Positions 22,773 through 30,952 of a stretch of DNA of 32,000 bases are shown in pieces. The translations under genes were made by a program, and so were the position numbers. Positions within the stretch are counted from its first letter, which is position 1. Each line of letters opens with the position of its first letter. The DNA lies in the NCBI GenBank assembly GCA_965234515.1, contig OZ248467.1:2634105-2666104 (forward strand), in the 5' to 3' direction. The DNA is from Mycobacteriaceae bacterium (GTDB taxonomy: Bacteria; Actinomycetota; Actinomycetes; Mycobacteriales; Mycobacteriaceae). The notes below the pieces were generated by a model, which was not told the origin of the DNA, made no database searches, and was given only the letters and a program-made list of their open reading frames with translations.

Positions 22773-24116
22773 TTGGCGGCTGTGAGCCTGGCACGTCGGG
22801 ACGTGATCACCGCGGCCGCTGGTGTGGTTGTGGTGACCGCCGCGATCGCGCTGCCGCGTTGCAACGGCAAGGCGATGACGGTCGGCGGCGGCGGGACGGC
22901 TAATGCCGCACCGATCTTCGGCTGGTGGGACCCCCACGTCGGATGGGGAACGCCGGCGGCGGTTCTGATCGGGGTTGCCGCGATCGTCTGGGGTCCCGTC
23001 ATTGCGCGCCGACTGTCGTGGCGCCGCCTGACCCTGGTGGTCTGGGTGACATCCGCAGTGTGGGCATTCAGTCTTTCGATGGTCGACGGCTGGCGGCGCG
23101 GGTTCGTCAACCGTCTCACCGACCCCAACGAATACCTCCACGAAGTGCCCACGGTCACCGACATCGGCGCCGCCGTCCGCGGGTTTTCCGGACGGATCCT
23201 GGATTACCAACCGGACTCCTGGGTCACCCACGTCTCCGGGCACCCGCCGGGGGCGCTGCTGAGTTTCGTCTGGCTCGACCGCATAGGACTCGGCGGCGGG
23301 GCATGGGCCGGCCTGCTGTGTCTGCTGGCGGGTGCCAGTGCGGCCACCGCGGTGATCGTGGCCGTCCGAGCGGTCTCCGGGGAGGCCACCGCACGCCTGG
23401 TCGCACCGTTCGTCTCGGTCGCGCCGACGGCCATCTGGATCGCGGTCTCGGCCGACGGCTACTTCGCCGGCGTGGCGACCTGGGGCATCGCCCTGCTGGC
23501 CCTGGCCGTCCGGCGGACGGTGCGGTACCCGGCCGCGGCCGCGGCGGCGGCCGGCCTGCTGCTCGGATGGACCGTCATGCTCAGTTACGGCCTGGTGCTG
23601 ATGGCCCTGCCGGCCGCGGCCGTGCTGGCCTGCGCCCATGATCGGGCCAGCGCACGGCGCGCAGTAGTCGTCGCGGTGCCAACGGCACTGGCCGTGGTCG
23701 CGGTGTTCGCAGTCGCCGGGTTCTGGTGGTTCGACGGCTACCACCTCGTCCAGGCGCGGTACTGGCAGGGGATCGCCTCGGACCGTCCCTTCAGCTACTG
23801 GGCTTGGGCCAATTTTGCCGCTACCGTCTGCGCGGTCGGTCTAGGCAGCGTCGCCGGGGCGGGACGCGCGTTCAACCGCACGGCAGTGCGGCAGCGTTCC
23901 GGTCTACATCTACTGGTGTTGTCGGCGCTCGCGGCGATGGTGTTGGCTGATGTGTCGATGCTTTCCAAAGCGGAGACCGAGCGAATTTGGTTGCCGTTCG
24001 AAGTGTGGGTCACCGCCGCCGGCGCGCTACTTGCCGTTCGGTCGCAGCGATGGTGGCTTGGCCTCAACGTGGTCGGCGCGCTACTGCTCAACCATCTGCT
24101 TCTGACGAACTGGTAG
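22773..24116 (+). CDS. Polytopic membrane protein, GT-C-fold glycosyltransferase-like (Rv0541c-like by recollection)
   Basis: About 10 or more hydrophobic helices and an early periplasmic-loop HPPG motif. It neighbours GT2 and DUF2064 genes. The start is uncertain (TTG 22773 or GTG 22782). Confidence 0.55.
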   Translation: MAAVSLARRDVITAAAGVVVVTAAIALPRCNGKAMTVGGGGTANAAPIFGWWDPHVGWGTPAAVLIGVAAIVWGPVIARRLSWRRLTLVVWVTSAVWAFSLSMVDGWRRGFVNRLTDPNEYLHEVPTVTDIGAAVRGFSGRILDYQPDSWVTHVSGHPPGALLSFVWLDRIGLGGGAWAGLLCLLAGASAATAVIVAVRAVSGEATARLVAPFVSVAPTAIWIAVSADGYFAGVATWGIALLALAVRRTVRYPAAAAAAAGLLLGWTVMLSYGLVLMALPAAAVLACAHDRASARRAVVVAVPTALAVVAVFAVAGFWWFDGYHLVQARYWQGIASDRPFSYWAWANFAATVCAVGLGSVAGAGRAFNRTAVRQRSGLHLLVLSALAAMVLADVSMLSKAETERIWLPFEVWVTAAGALLAVRSQRWWLGLNVVGALLLNHLLLTNW

Positions 24117-24509
24117 CACCCGGTTCGCGATCAACACCAGCACGGTGACCCCCCAGACCATCGCGAGCGACACCCACAATCCCCGGTGGTAGTCGCGGTC
24201 CAACGCCGATGGATTGTCCGGTTGCAGACCAGGCTTGTCGTACACCGGGATCGCCAGCAGCAACACCACCGCGGTGCACAGCGCGGCGATCATCACCGGA
24301 GCCCACCAGGTCCTCGGCAGGATCCGCCGACCGACGAACCCCAGGGCCACGCACGCCGGGGCGAACACCGCGTCGTGCAACAGCACACCGACGCCCGCCC
24401 ACACCGCGATGCCGAGGATCTCCTGGCGGGGGTGCCCGAAAACCAGGACGGCGCCGTAGATGCCGACGGCCATCCCGGCGGTGATCAGCAACCCCCGGAT
24501 GGCGGTCAC
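24081..24509 (-). CDS. Small four-TM membrane protein (unknown function)
   Basis: Start set to GTG at 24509, which forms a GTGA overlap with the upstream stop (24506-24508). The protein is hydrophobic throughout. Its 3' end overlaps the convergent 22773..24116 gene by 36 nt. Confidence 0.55.
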   Translation of the reverse strand: MTAIRGLLITAGMAVGIYGAVLVFGHPRQEILGIAVWAGVGVLLHDAVFAPACVALGFVGRRILPRTWWAPVMIAALCTAVVLLLAIPVYDKPGLQPDNPSALDRDYHRGLWVSLAMVWGVTVLVLIANRVLPVRQKQMVEQ

Positions 24510-25636
24510 GCCGACACCACCTCGATCCGCGACAGCCATTTGGTCTGCAGTACGCCGGACCGCGACGGGGCGATCAGGCGGCACGGATAGCCGTGGTCGA
24601 GGTTGAGGGTCTCGCCGTTGATCTTCAGCGCGATCAGCGTCAGCGGGTCGCGGGCGTGCGGGGCGGGCAGGGTCGTACGCGAGTAGGGGCCGGGGCCCTC
24701 CAACGAGACCATCCGAACATCAGCGTCGGGCGATCCCCCTACCGCCTCGATCAATGTCGCCAACACGACGCCCGACCATTCCGCAGTAGCGCTCCAGCCC
24801 TCCACGCAGGCGATCGGCAGCTGTTGCGTGCTCTGGGGCATCGCCGCCAATTCGGCCAGGGTGAAGGTCTTCTGCGTGGCGCCATTGGCGACCGTGAGCC
24901 GGTAGTCCCCCGACTGCGCACTGTCGACTACGCCGGCCTCGCGTGCGGTTCGGTTGACGGGCATCCCCTGCGGCCCCTCTCCAGAGCGTGGCGCCAGCAG
25001 TGACGCCCTGCGCAGCCAGGGCACTGTCTGCCCGGCGGTGAGCACGGTCGCCACCGCCGCAGCGATTCCGGTGCCGACCAGGACGGTGCGCCGGGATGGG
25101 CCGGCGCGCAGTTCGCCGGTTGGTATCTCCTCAAGTGGCTCACCCAGCGCCCTGCGGATCACCGGCAGTTTCACCCCGATGTGAACCAGCACGGCGCCGG
25201 CAGCCACGTAAGCCATCGCGTAGTGGCCGGTGGTGAAGAAAAACTTGAAGGGATACCACTTGGCGATGTTCAACAGCCCGGTCGACAACTGGAAGAGCAT
25301 GGAGGCCATCAGCACGAGGATCGAGGCCCGCTCCAACTGGCGGGCCAGACCACCGATGATGGGCCGCTCGAACAGCTTGGGGTAGACCGACCACAGCTTG
25401 ACGACCAGCAGAGGAATGGCAGCAATCCCGGAACCGACATGTAATCCCTGGTTGAGCCGGTACAGCCACACCGGTCGGGTGGGCCAGTAGAACCAGGACT
25501 GCGGATGCTGGATGAAGTGGCTGATCAGACCGGTCAGAAAACAGACCGCGACGGCGACACCCAGAGCGATTCCGACCCGGGCGGTGATCGCCGTCGATCG
25601 CAGCGGTGCGGTGGCAGCAGGCAGGGGGCCGGGCAC
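24506..25636 (-). CDS. Membrane-anchored molybdopterin-dependent oxidoreductase (sulfite-oxidase/MsrP-like domain fused to an N-terminal His-containing TM domain)
   Basis: The N-terminal half has 4-5 TM helices with conserved His residues. The C-terminal part, YRLTV...LPIACVEGWSATAEWSGV...INGETLNLDHGYPCRLIAPS...KWLSRIEV, matches the Oxidored_molyb domain. Confidence 0.75.
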   Translation of the reverse strand: MPGPLPAATAPLRSTAITARVGIALGVAVAVCFLTGLISHFIQHPQSWFYWPTRPVWLYRLNQGLHVGSGIAAIPLLVVKLWSVYPKLFERPIIGGLARQLERASILVLMASMLFQLSTGLLNIAKWYPFKFFFTTGHYAMAYVAAGAVLVHIGVKLPVIRRALGEPLEEIPTGELRAGPSRRTVLVGTGIAAAVATVLTAGQTVPWLRRASLLAPRSGEGPQGMPVNRTAREAGVVDSAQSGDYRLTVANGATQKTFTLAELAAMPQSTQQLPIACVEGWSATAEWSGVVLATLIEAVGGSPDADVRMVSLEGPGPYSRTTLPAPHARDPLTLIALKINGETLNLDHGYPCRLIAPSRSGVLQTKWLSRIEVVSA

Positions 25637-25651
25637 CGTGGCAGCCTAGCC

Positions 25652-26350
25652 TCACGCGGTCGGCGACGTCGTTGGAACCGGCCCGATCGCCCGGCAAGCC
25701 CGGGCGAAGCGACTCGACGGAAGGCACGCGGCAAGCACCGTCGCCACGTCCTCGATGGTGTCGACGTCGCTGAGTTCCTCGAGGTAGGTGATGGCGGTGC
25801 CGGCCCGGGTAAGTGCGGCGGCGGTCAGTGCACCGGTGTCGGGCCGCGACATCGGGACACCGATCAGACATGCAGCCATCGCCGCCTCGCGGACGCCGAG
25901 CGCCCACCAGCCGCCGTCGCGGGCCGGGCCCAGCACCGCCGGAGCAGACTCCAACCGCCGCGCACAGCGGGCCAGCAGTTCCGCCGTCACCTGCGGGGTG
26001 TCCATCCCGATCTGCAGGATCGCCGCACCGCCCGATGCGGCAGCGGCGTCGGCATGGGCATGGGCGAGCCGCTCACCGAAAGTCTCCCCGCGCTGCGTGA
26101 TGACGTGAAACCCGTTGAGCCGGTTGCTGATTTCAGCGCTTGATAGTCCCTGCCGGAGATCGCCCGAGAGCGCCAGGATGCGCCTGGTGAACGGTGCGTC
26201 GGCCACCGCCTCGAGGGTGTCCATCAGAGCGGCGGCGGCGAGATGGGCGGCAATGGCGTCACCGACGCTCGCCGCCAGTCGGGTCTTGACCTGACCGGGC
26301 ACCGGGGATTTGGCGACGATCAGTGCCGTCACCGGCACCGGCCCGATCAC
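25652..26350 (-). CDS. DUF2064 / TIGR04282-type glycosyltransferase-like protein
   Basis: ALIVAKSPVPGQVKTRL...QRGETFGERL...IGMDTPQ...GPARDGGWWALG is the DUF2064 signature. Start set to GTG 26350, which forms a GTGA overlap with the GT2 stop. The track start is 26365. Confidence 0.75.
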   Translation of the reverse strand: MIGPVPVTALIVAKSPVPGQVKTRLAASVGDAIAAHLAAAALMDTLEAVADAPFTRRILALSGDLRQGLSSAEISNRLNGFHVITQRGETFGERLAHAHADAAAASGGAAILQIGMDTPQVTAELLARCARRLESAPAVLGPARDGGWWALGVREAAMAACLIGVPMSRPDTGALTAAALTRAGTAITYLEELSDVDTIEDVATVLAACLPSSRFARACRAIGPVPTTSPTA

Positions 26351-27003
26351 GAGATGACCTTCCAAAAGTCCGCCGCCGCAGTGATACTGCCCCGCAGCGA
26401 CCCACTGACCTTGGAACTCCCACCGGCCCGGTTGCGGTAGCTCACGTCAACCTCCGTCACCTGCCACCCTGCGGCGGCCGCCTTGACCATGAGTTCCAGC
26501 GGATAACCCGACCGGCGGTCCTGCACCTGCAATGCCAGCAGACGTTCGCGGTGGGCGACCCGCATCGGAGCGATGTCATGCACGTCCAGACCGTGCTTCG
26601 TGCGAAGCCGCCAGCACACTGCGGCCGTCCCGAGTCGCGCGTGCCAGGGCCAGCGCAGTCCCGGCACCGGACGGCGTCTGCCGGTCACCATGTCGGCCCC
26701 GGCACGCAGTGCGGCGACCATCCCCGGCAGGTCGGCCGGATCCAGTGAGCCGTCTCCGTCAAGTACCGCGACCAAGGGGGTGTCCGCGGCGAGTAGACCC
26801 GCATGGACCGCGGCACCGTAACCGGGCCGCCGTTCCAGGATCACCCGCGCGCCGTGTGAGCGGCCAACTTCGGCGGTCGCATCGGTGCTGTTGTTGTCCA
26901 CCACCAGTGGCGCGAATCCGGGCGGCATCGCCTGCAGCACCACCGGAAGGGCCTCCGCTTCGTTGAGGCAGGGGATGACCACCGTCACCGCAGCAGCCGA
27001 CAT
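26347..27003 (-). CDS. Family-2 glycosyltransferase (polyprenol-phosphate sugar synthase-like)
   Basis: VTVVIPCLNEAEAL, VVDNNSTD and LDGDGS (DxD). ATG at 27003. The upstream extension in the track merely translates the promoter repeats. Confidence 0.85.
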   Translation of the reverse strand: MSAAAVTVVIPCLNEAEALPVVLQAMPPGFAPLVVDNNSTDATAEVGRSHGARVILERRPGYGAAVHAGLLAADTPLVAVLDGDGSLDPADLPGMVAALRAGADMVTGRRRPVPGLRWPWHARLGTAAVCWRLRTKHGLDVHDIAPMRVAHRERLLALQVQDRRSGYPLELMVKAAAAGWQVTEVDVSYRNRAGGSSKVSGSLRGSITAAADFWKVIS

Positions 27004-27016
27004 AGCCCAACACACT

Positions 27017-27052
27017 ATGTTCTTGACATCAATGATGTTCTTGACGTCAATG
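27017..27052. repeat. Exact tandem 18-bp repeat ATGTTCTTGAC(A/G)TCAATG x2 containing the palindrome TTGACGTCAA, in the GT2/MTAP divergent promoter
   Basis: Read directly: copies at 27017-27034 and 27035-27052, with 1 mismatch, followed by a partial TCAAGA. The region is AT-rich relative to its surroundings. Confidence 0.6.
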
Positions 27053-27121
27053 TCAAGATCGTCCCCGGCACGCTCGCCAGAGAGTGCGACGGCCCCGGGG
27101 CGGCAACGGTGAGGACGGCAC

Positions 27122-27898
27122 ATGATCGGCGTCATCGGCGGCAGCGGCTTCTACACGTTCTTCGGAAAGGACGCCGCGAGCGCCGAGGTGGAAACACCGT
27201 ACGGCGATCCCAGCGGGCCCGTCACGGTCGGCCGGGTGGGTGTCCACGAGGTGGCCTTCCTGCCTCGGCACGGCCAACGCCATGAGTTCTCCCCCCACAC
27301 CGTCCCGTACCGCGCCAACATGTGGGCACTGCGCGCCCTCGGGGTGCGCCGGGTGCTCGCGCCGTGCGCCGTCGGCAGCCTGTCGCCGGAACTGGCCCCG
27401 GGTTCGATCGTGATTCCCGATCAGTTGGTTGACCGCACCCGCGGCAGGACGGACACCTACTTCGACTCCGGGGGCATCCACGTGGGATTCGCCGATCCGT
27501 ACTGTCCGACCCTGCGAGCGATCGCCGCGGGGCAACCCGACGTTGTCGACGGCGGAACCATGGTGGTCATCCAGGGGCCGCGGTTCTCGACGCGGGCAGA
27601 GAGTCAGTGGTTCGTCCGTCAGGGGTTCAGGCTAGTCAACATGACCGGCTATCCCGAAGCAGTTCTGGCTCGCGAACTCGAGATGTGCTACGCGGCAATC
27701 GCATTGGTCACCGATCTCGACGCAGGCATCGACGTCGGCACCGGTGTTCGCGCCGCGGACGCCTTCGCTGAATTCGAGCGGAACCTCGTCCCATTCAAGA
27801 AACTCATTCATGCCGTCATCGACGGACTGGACTCTGAGCGGGTCTGCACACACTGCCTGGCCCATGAGGGCGTCGAACTTCCCTTCGATCTGCCGTGA
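27122..27898 (+). CDS. mtnP: S-methyl-5'-thioadenosine phosphorylase (MTAP)
   Basis: MIGVIGGSGFY...FLPRHG..H...PH.VPYRANMWAL..LGV...VGSL...QGPRFSTRAES...NMTG.PE..LARE. This is the canonical MTAP/PNP family-2 pattern. RBS GGTGAGGA. Confidence 0.9.
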   Translation: MIGVIGGSGFYTFFGKDAASAEVETPYGDPSGPVTVGRVGVHEVAFLPRHGQRHEFSPHTVPYRANMWALRALGVRRVLAPCAVGSLSPELAPGSIVIPDQLVDRTRGRTDTYFDSGGIHVGFADPYCPTLRAIAAGQPDVVDGGTMVVIQGPRFSTRAESQWFVRQGFRLVNMTGYPEAVLARELEMCYAAIALVTDLDAGIDVGTGVRAADAFAEFERNLVPFKKLIHAVIDGLDSERVCTHCLAHEGVELPFDLP

Positions 27899-29763
27899 GA
27901 ATCCTGCTCACCGGCGCGGCCGGTTTCATCGGCAGCCGGATCGCGACAGTCCTGAGCGCGGCCGGGCACGACGTCGTGGCGATCGACACGATGCTGGCGG
28001 CGGCACATGGCCGAGAGGCTTCGTTGCCGCTGGGCTGCCAGAAGGTGGACGTCCGGGACGCCGATGCCCTGGCGCCGGTGCTGCGCGGCATCGATGTGGT
28101 GTGTCACCAGGCGGCTGTGGTGGGTGCGGGAGTAAACGCCGCCGACGGACCGTTCTATGCGGGCAACAACGACACCGGAACCGCGGTCCTGCTCGCTGAA
28201 ATGTTCACAGCCGGGGTGACGCGACTGGTGCTGGCCTCCTCGATGGTCGTCTACGGGCAGGGCCGGTACCGGTGCGCGGTGCACGGCGAGGTCGATCCCG
28301 CGCCACGGACCCGCACCGATCTCGACGGCGGGAGGTACGAGCACCGATGCCCGGCCGGCGGCGAGGAACTCACCTGGCAACTCGTCAGCGAAGACGCTGC
28401 GCTGAGGCCGCGCAGTCTCTATGCGGCCAGCAAGGTCGCACAGGAGAACTACGCGCTGGCGTGGGCCGAATCCGTCGGTGGGTCCGTGGCGGCCCTGCGC
28501 TATCACAACGTCTACGGCCCCGGCATGCCTCGGGACACCCCGTACTCCGGAGTCGCCGCGATTTTCCGGTCCGCCCTGCAACGCGGTGAGGCACCCCGTG
28601 TTTTCGAAGACGGCGGGCAAATGCGCGACTTCGTTCACGTCGACGATGTCGCGAGGGCCAACCTCGCCGCATTGGAGTGCGAGCTGCCGGGTTTCACGGC
28701 CGCCAACGTCTGCTCCGGGCAACCGATCCCGATCATGGAGGTAGCGGCCATCCTGAGCGGGGCGACCGCAGGTCCGGCTCCGCTGGTGACCGGGCAGTAC
28801 CGCAGCGGCGACGTCCGTCACATCGTCGCCGATCCGTCCCGGGCCGCGTCGCTGCTGGGTTTCAAGGCCGCAGTCGATCCGCGGGATGGCCTGCGCGAGT
28901 TCGCCTTCGCGCCGCTGCGCGGCAATCCGGGTGACAGCCCGGCAGGTTTGGGCGTTTCGACCGCAGTCATAGCTTTCGCGGATTACCCCTTGCTGGCCCG
29001 AAAGGACTTCACCGCCGAATCGGTGTTGCGGCCGGCGAACCTGTTGCGCGAGGCCCGCCGGCAAAAAGCATTGCCGCACCTCGCGGTTCCGGCGGTCACG
29101 GTGCTGGACCCGGACGGCGACATCGTCCGCTTCCTGGACAGCAGTGGCGAGGGTCGTCGGCACCCCGGTTGGGCCTGCTACCACACCGAGATGTGGACCA
29201 CCGACATCAATGGCATGCAGATCGGTGTCGTCGGGATGGCCGTCGGTGCACCGTTCGCCGTCCTGGTCGCCGAGCAACTAAGCGCCTCGGGGTCGGAGGT
29301 CATCATCAGCGTGACCTCCGCCGGCCGGATCGCCTCCCCGGGTCACCTTCCGTCCTTCGTACTGATCGAACGCGCATTACGCGACGAGGGAACCAGCGCC
29401 CACTACCTTCCGCCGACCCGATGGAGTCACCTGCACCCGGGACTGCGCGCCGGATTGCACAACGCATTCGATCAACTGCCTCAAATAGTCGTACCCGGAT
29501 GGTCCTGGACGACCGACGCGCCCTTCCGGGAAACTGCGGCCGCGATCGCCGCCGCCGCCGCCGAGGGCATTGCATGTGTTGAAATGGAAGCCGCCGCGCT
29601 GTATGCCTACGCCGAAGCCTCCGGAGCCCGCGTCGTGTGCCTGGCCCACATCACCAACACCATGGCTGTCGAGGGCGAGGACTTCGAAAAGGGTCACGAC
29701 AATGGTGTCCACGATGCGCTCGCGGTCGTCCTTGCCGCTGCTGCCGCACTCCACCGGTCCTGA
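27895..29763 (+). CDS. Apparent fusion: NAD-dependent sugar epimerase/dehydratase (aa 1-342) plus PNP_UDP_1-type nucleoside phosphorylase-like domain (aa ~356-622)
   Basis: GTG at 27895 overlaps the MTAP stop. The N-terminal half has GAAGFIGS and YAASK. The C-terminal half has GMAVGAPFAVLV, VTSAG and CVEMEAAALY (phosphorylase family 1). The frame is uninterrupted across the junction near 28921-28960. Confidence 0.7.
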   Translation: MRILLTGAAGFIGSRIATVLSAAGHDVVAIDTMLAAAHGREASLPLGCQKVDVRDADALAPVLRGIDVVCHQAAVVGAGVNAADGPFYAGNNDTGTAVLLAEMFTAGVTRLVLASSMVVYGQGRYRCAVHGEVDPAPRTRTDLDGGRYEHRCPAGGEELTWQLVSEDAALRPRSLYAASKVAQENYALAWAESVGGSVAALRYHNVYGPGMPRDTPYSGVAAIFRSALQRGEAPRVFEDGGQMRDFVHVDDVARANLAALECELPGFTAANVCSGQPIPIMEVAAILSGATAGPAPLVTGQYRSGDVRHIVADPSRAASLLGFKAAVDPRDGLREFAFAPLRGNPGDSPAGLGVSTAVIAFADYPLLARKDFTAESVLRPANLLREARRQKALPHLAVPAVTVLDPDGDIVRFLDSSGEGRRHPGWACYHTEMWTTDINGMQIGVVGMAVGAPFAVLVAEQLSASGSEVIISVTSAGRIASPGHLPSFVLIERALRDEGTSAHYLPPTRWSHLHPGLRAGLHNAFDQLPQIVVPGWSWTTDAPFRETAAAIAAAAAEGIACVEMEAAALYAYAEASGARVVCLAHITNTMAVEGEDFEKGHDNGVHDALAVVLAAAAALHRS

Positions 29764-29819
29764 ATCAGCAACCGCGCCGCCGCCTTGCCATTGTGCACCA
29801 ATCGGTACAGAATCCATCC

Positions 29820-30413
29820 ATGGCGCGTCCACCCGAGTTCGATCGATCCAAGGCGGTGAATAGGGCGCTGGTGCTGTTTTGGCGCAAGGGTTACCAAGCG
29901 AGCTCGCTGGCCGATCTGCTGTCCGCGATGGGCATCGGCCGCAGCAGCTTCTACGCCGCGTTCGCCGACAAGCGCACCCTATTTCTGGAGTGCCTCGACT
30001 CATTCGCCGCGCGGACCGTGGACGTGGTGCAGCACGCCCGCAGCGAGATGCCACCGGTCGATGCCCTGCAACACTTCTTCGAGCGCAACTTCATCGGCGT
30101 GCCGGGCAGCGGTGTCGGCGCATCGGCAAGCCGGCACTGGGGCTGCATGCTGGTCAACACCGTGCTCGAAATGGCCGGAGTCGACGACGGCCTTGCCGAG
30201 CACGCCAGCCGCCATCTCGGCGAGATGCAACGCGTCTTTCAGGCCTGCCTGCGCGACGCCGGCGCCACGGCGGCCCGCGCCGAGGAACTGGCCGCAATGC
30301 TGATGCTGGTCAACGAGGGCATCCGGGTATCGAGCCGTCGCCGGCTACCCGACGTCCAGCACCTGCAACCCATCACCACCACCTTCGAGCTGATCCGCGG
30401 TGCCGTCGCATGA
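29820..30413 (+). CDS. TetR/AcrR-family transcriptional regulator
   Basis: ATG at 29820. RPPEFDRSKAVNRALVLFWRKGYQASSLADLLSAMGIGRSSFYAAF is a TetR HTH. An imperfect palindrome TGCACCAATCGGTACA (29794-29809, 12 of 16 positions) lies just upstream. Confidence 0.85.
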   Translation: MARPPEFDRSKAVNRALVLFWRKGYQASSLADLLSAMGIGRSSFYAAFADKRTLFLECLDSFAARTVDVVQHARSEMPPVDALQHFFERNFIGVPGSGVGASASRHWGCMLVNTVLEMAGVDDGLAEHASRHLGEMQRVFQACLRDAGATAARAEELAAMLMLVNEGIRVSSRRRLPDVQHLQPITTTFELIRGAVA

Positions 30414-30473
30414 GTACCGCCCGACTCCACGTCGCACCCACACCTAAAGCCCTCAATTAAAAGGAGTCACACC

Positions 30474-30905
30474 ATGTCCGATGTCCCCGTGTCCGATGTC
30501 CCCGTGTCCGATGTCCCCGTGTCCGATGTCCCCGTGTCCGATGTCCCCGTGTCCGATGTCCCCGTGTCCGATGTCCCCGTGTCCGATGTCCCCGTGTCCG
30601 ATGTCCCCGTGTACGCGATGGTCAATCTGCACATCAACGATGCCGCCGTCTACCGTCAATACGAGAAGGGTTTCTTTCCGTTGCTCAAAAAATACGGCGG
30701 GGAGTTCATCACCTATGACGACGCGGCCTTCACCCTGGAGGGCACGTCGCCGCGCACGGGCCGCATGATCCTCTTCACGTTCCCGTCCGAGTCCCAAGCC
30801 CGCGCCTGGTTTGACGACCCCGACTACCAGGCGCTGGCCGAGCACCGCCGCGCCGGCACCGAACTGCAGTTCCTGACGATCGTGCACGGCCTGCCGCCGC
30901 GCTGA
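30474..30905 (+). CDS. DUF1330-family protein with an N-terminal (SDVPV)x9 repeat insertion
   Basis: AAGGAG lies 7 nt before the ATG. After the repeat, YAMVNLHINDAAVYRQYEKGF...YQALAEHRRAGTE matches DUF1330, which normally begins right at this motif. Confidence 0.8.
   Translation: MSDVPVSDVPVSDVPVSDVPVSDVPVSDVPVSDVPVSDVPVSDVPVYAMVNLHINDAAVYRQYEKGFFPLLKKYGGEFITYDDAAFTLEGTSPRTGRMILFTFPSESQARAWFDDPDYQALAEHRRAGTELQFLTIVHGLPPR
30477..30611 (+). repeat. Perfect 15-bp tandem repeat TCCGATGTCCCCGTG x9 (in-frame VNTR)
   Basis: Read directly: nine identical units with no mismatch, starting right after the start codon. Confidence 0.95.
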
Positions 30906-30952
30906 CGGCCCCGACCCTCACCCACACCCACTACCCCCGGAAGGGACGCGCT

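Noticed and set aside
22767-23744. 325-aa minus-strand ORF antisense to the GT-C-like membrane protein gene
   Set aside because: It is a highly charged Arg/Asp/Gly/Pro-rich translation. The plus strand gives coherent TM helices.
27808-29277. 489-aa minus-strand ORF antisense to the epimerase gene
   Set aside because: The composition is Arg/Gly/His-rich with no motifs, while the opposite strand encodes clear epimerase motifs. It is a shadow ORF.
29637-29819. Upstream 61-codon extension of the second TetR ORF, overlapping the end of the epimerase-phosphorylase gene
   Set aside because: The extension is Arg/Cys/Pro-rich and overlaps a supported CDS. The TetR domain begins at the ATG at 29820.
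30477-30611. Possible CRISPR-like or alternate-frame coding (MSPCP repeat ORF 30481..30768; GHGDI repeat on the minus strand)
   Set aside because: The units are contiguous with no spacers, so this is not a CRISPR array. Only the SDVPV frame continues into a recognisable DUF1330 domain and has an SD-ATG.
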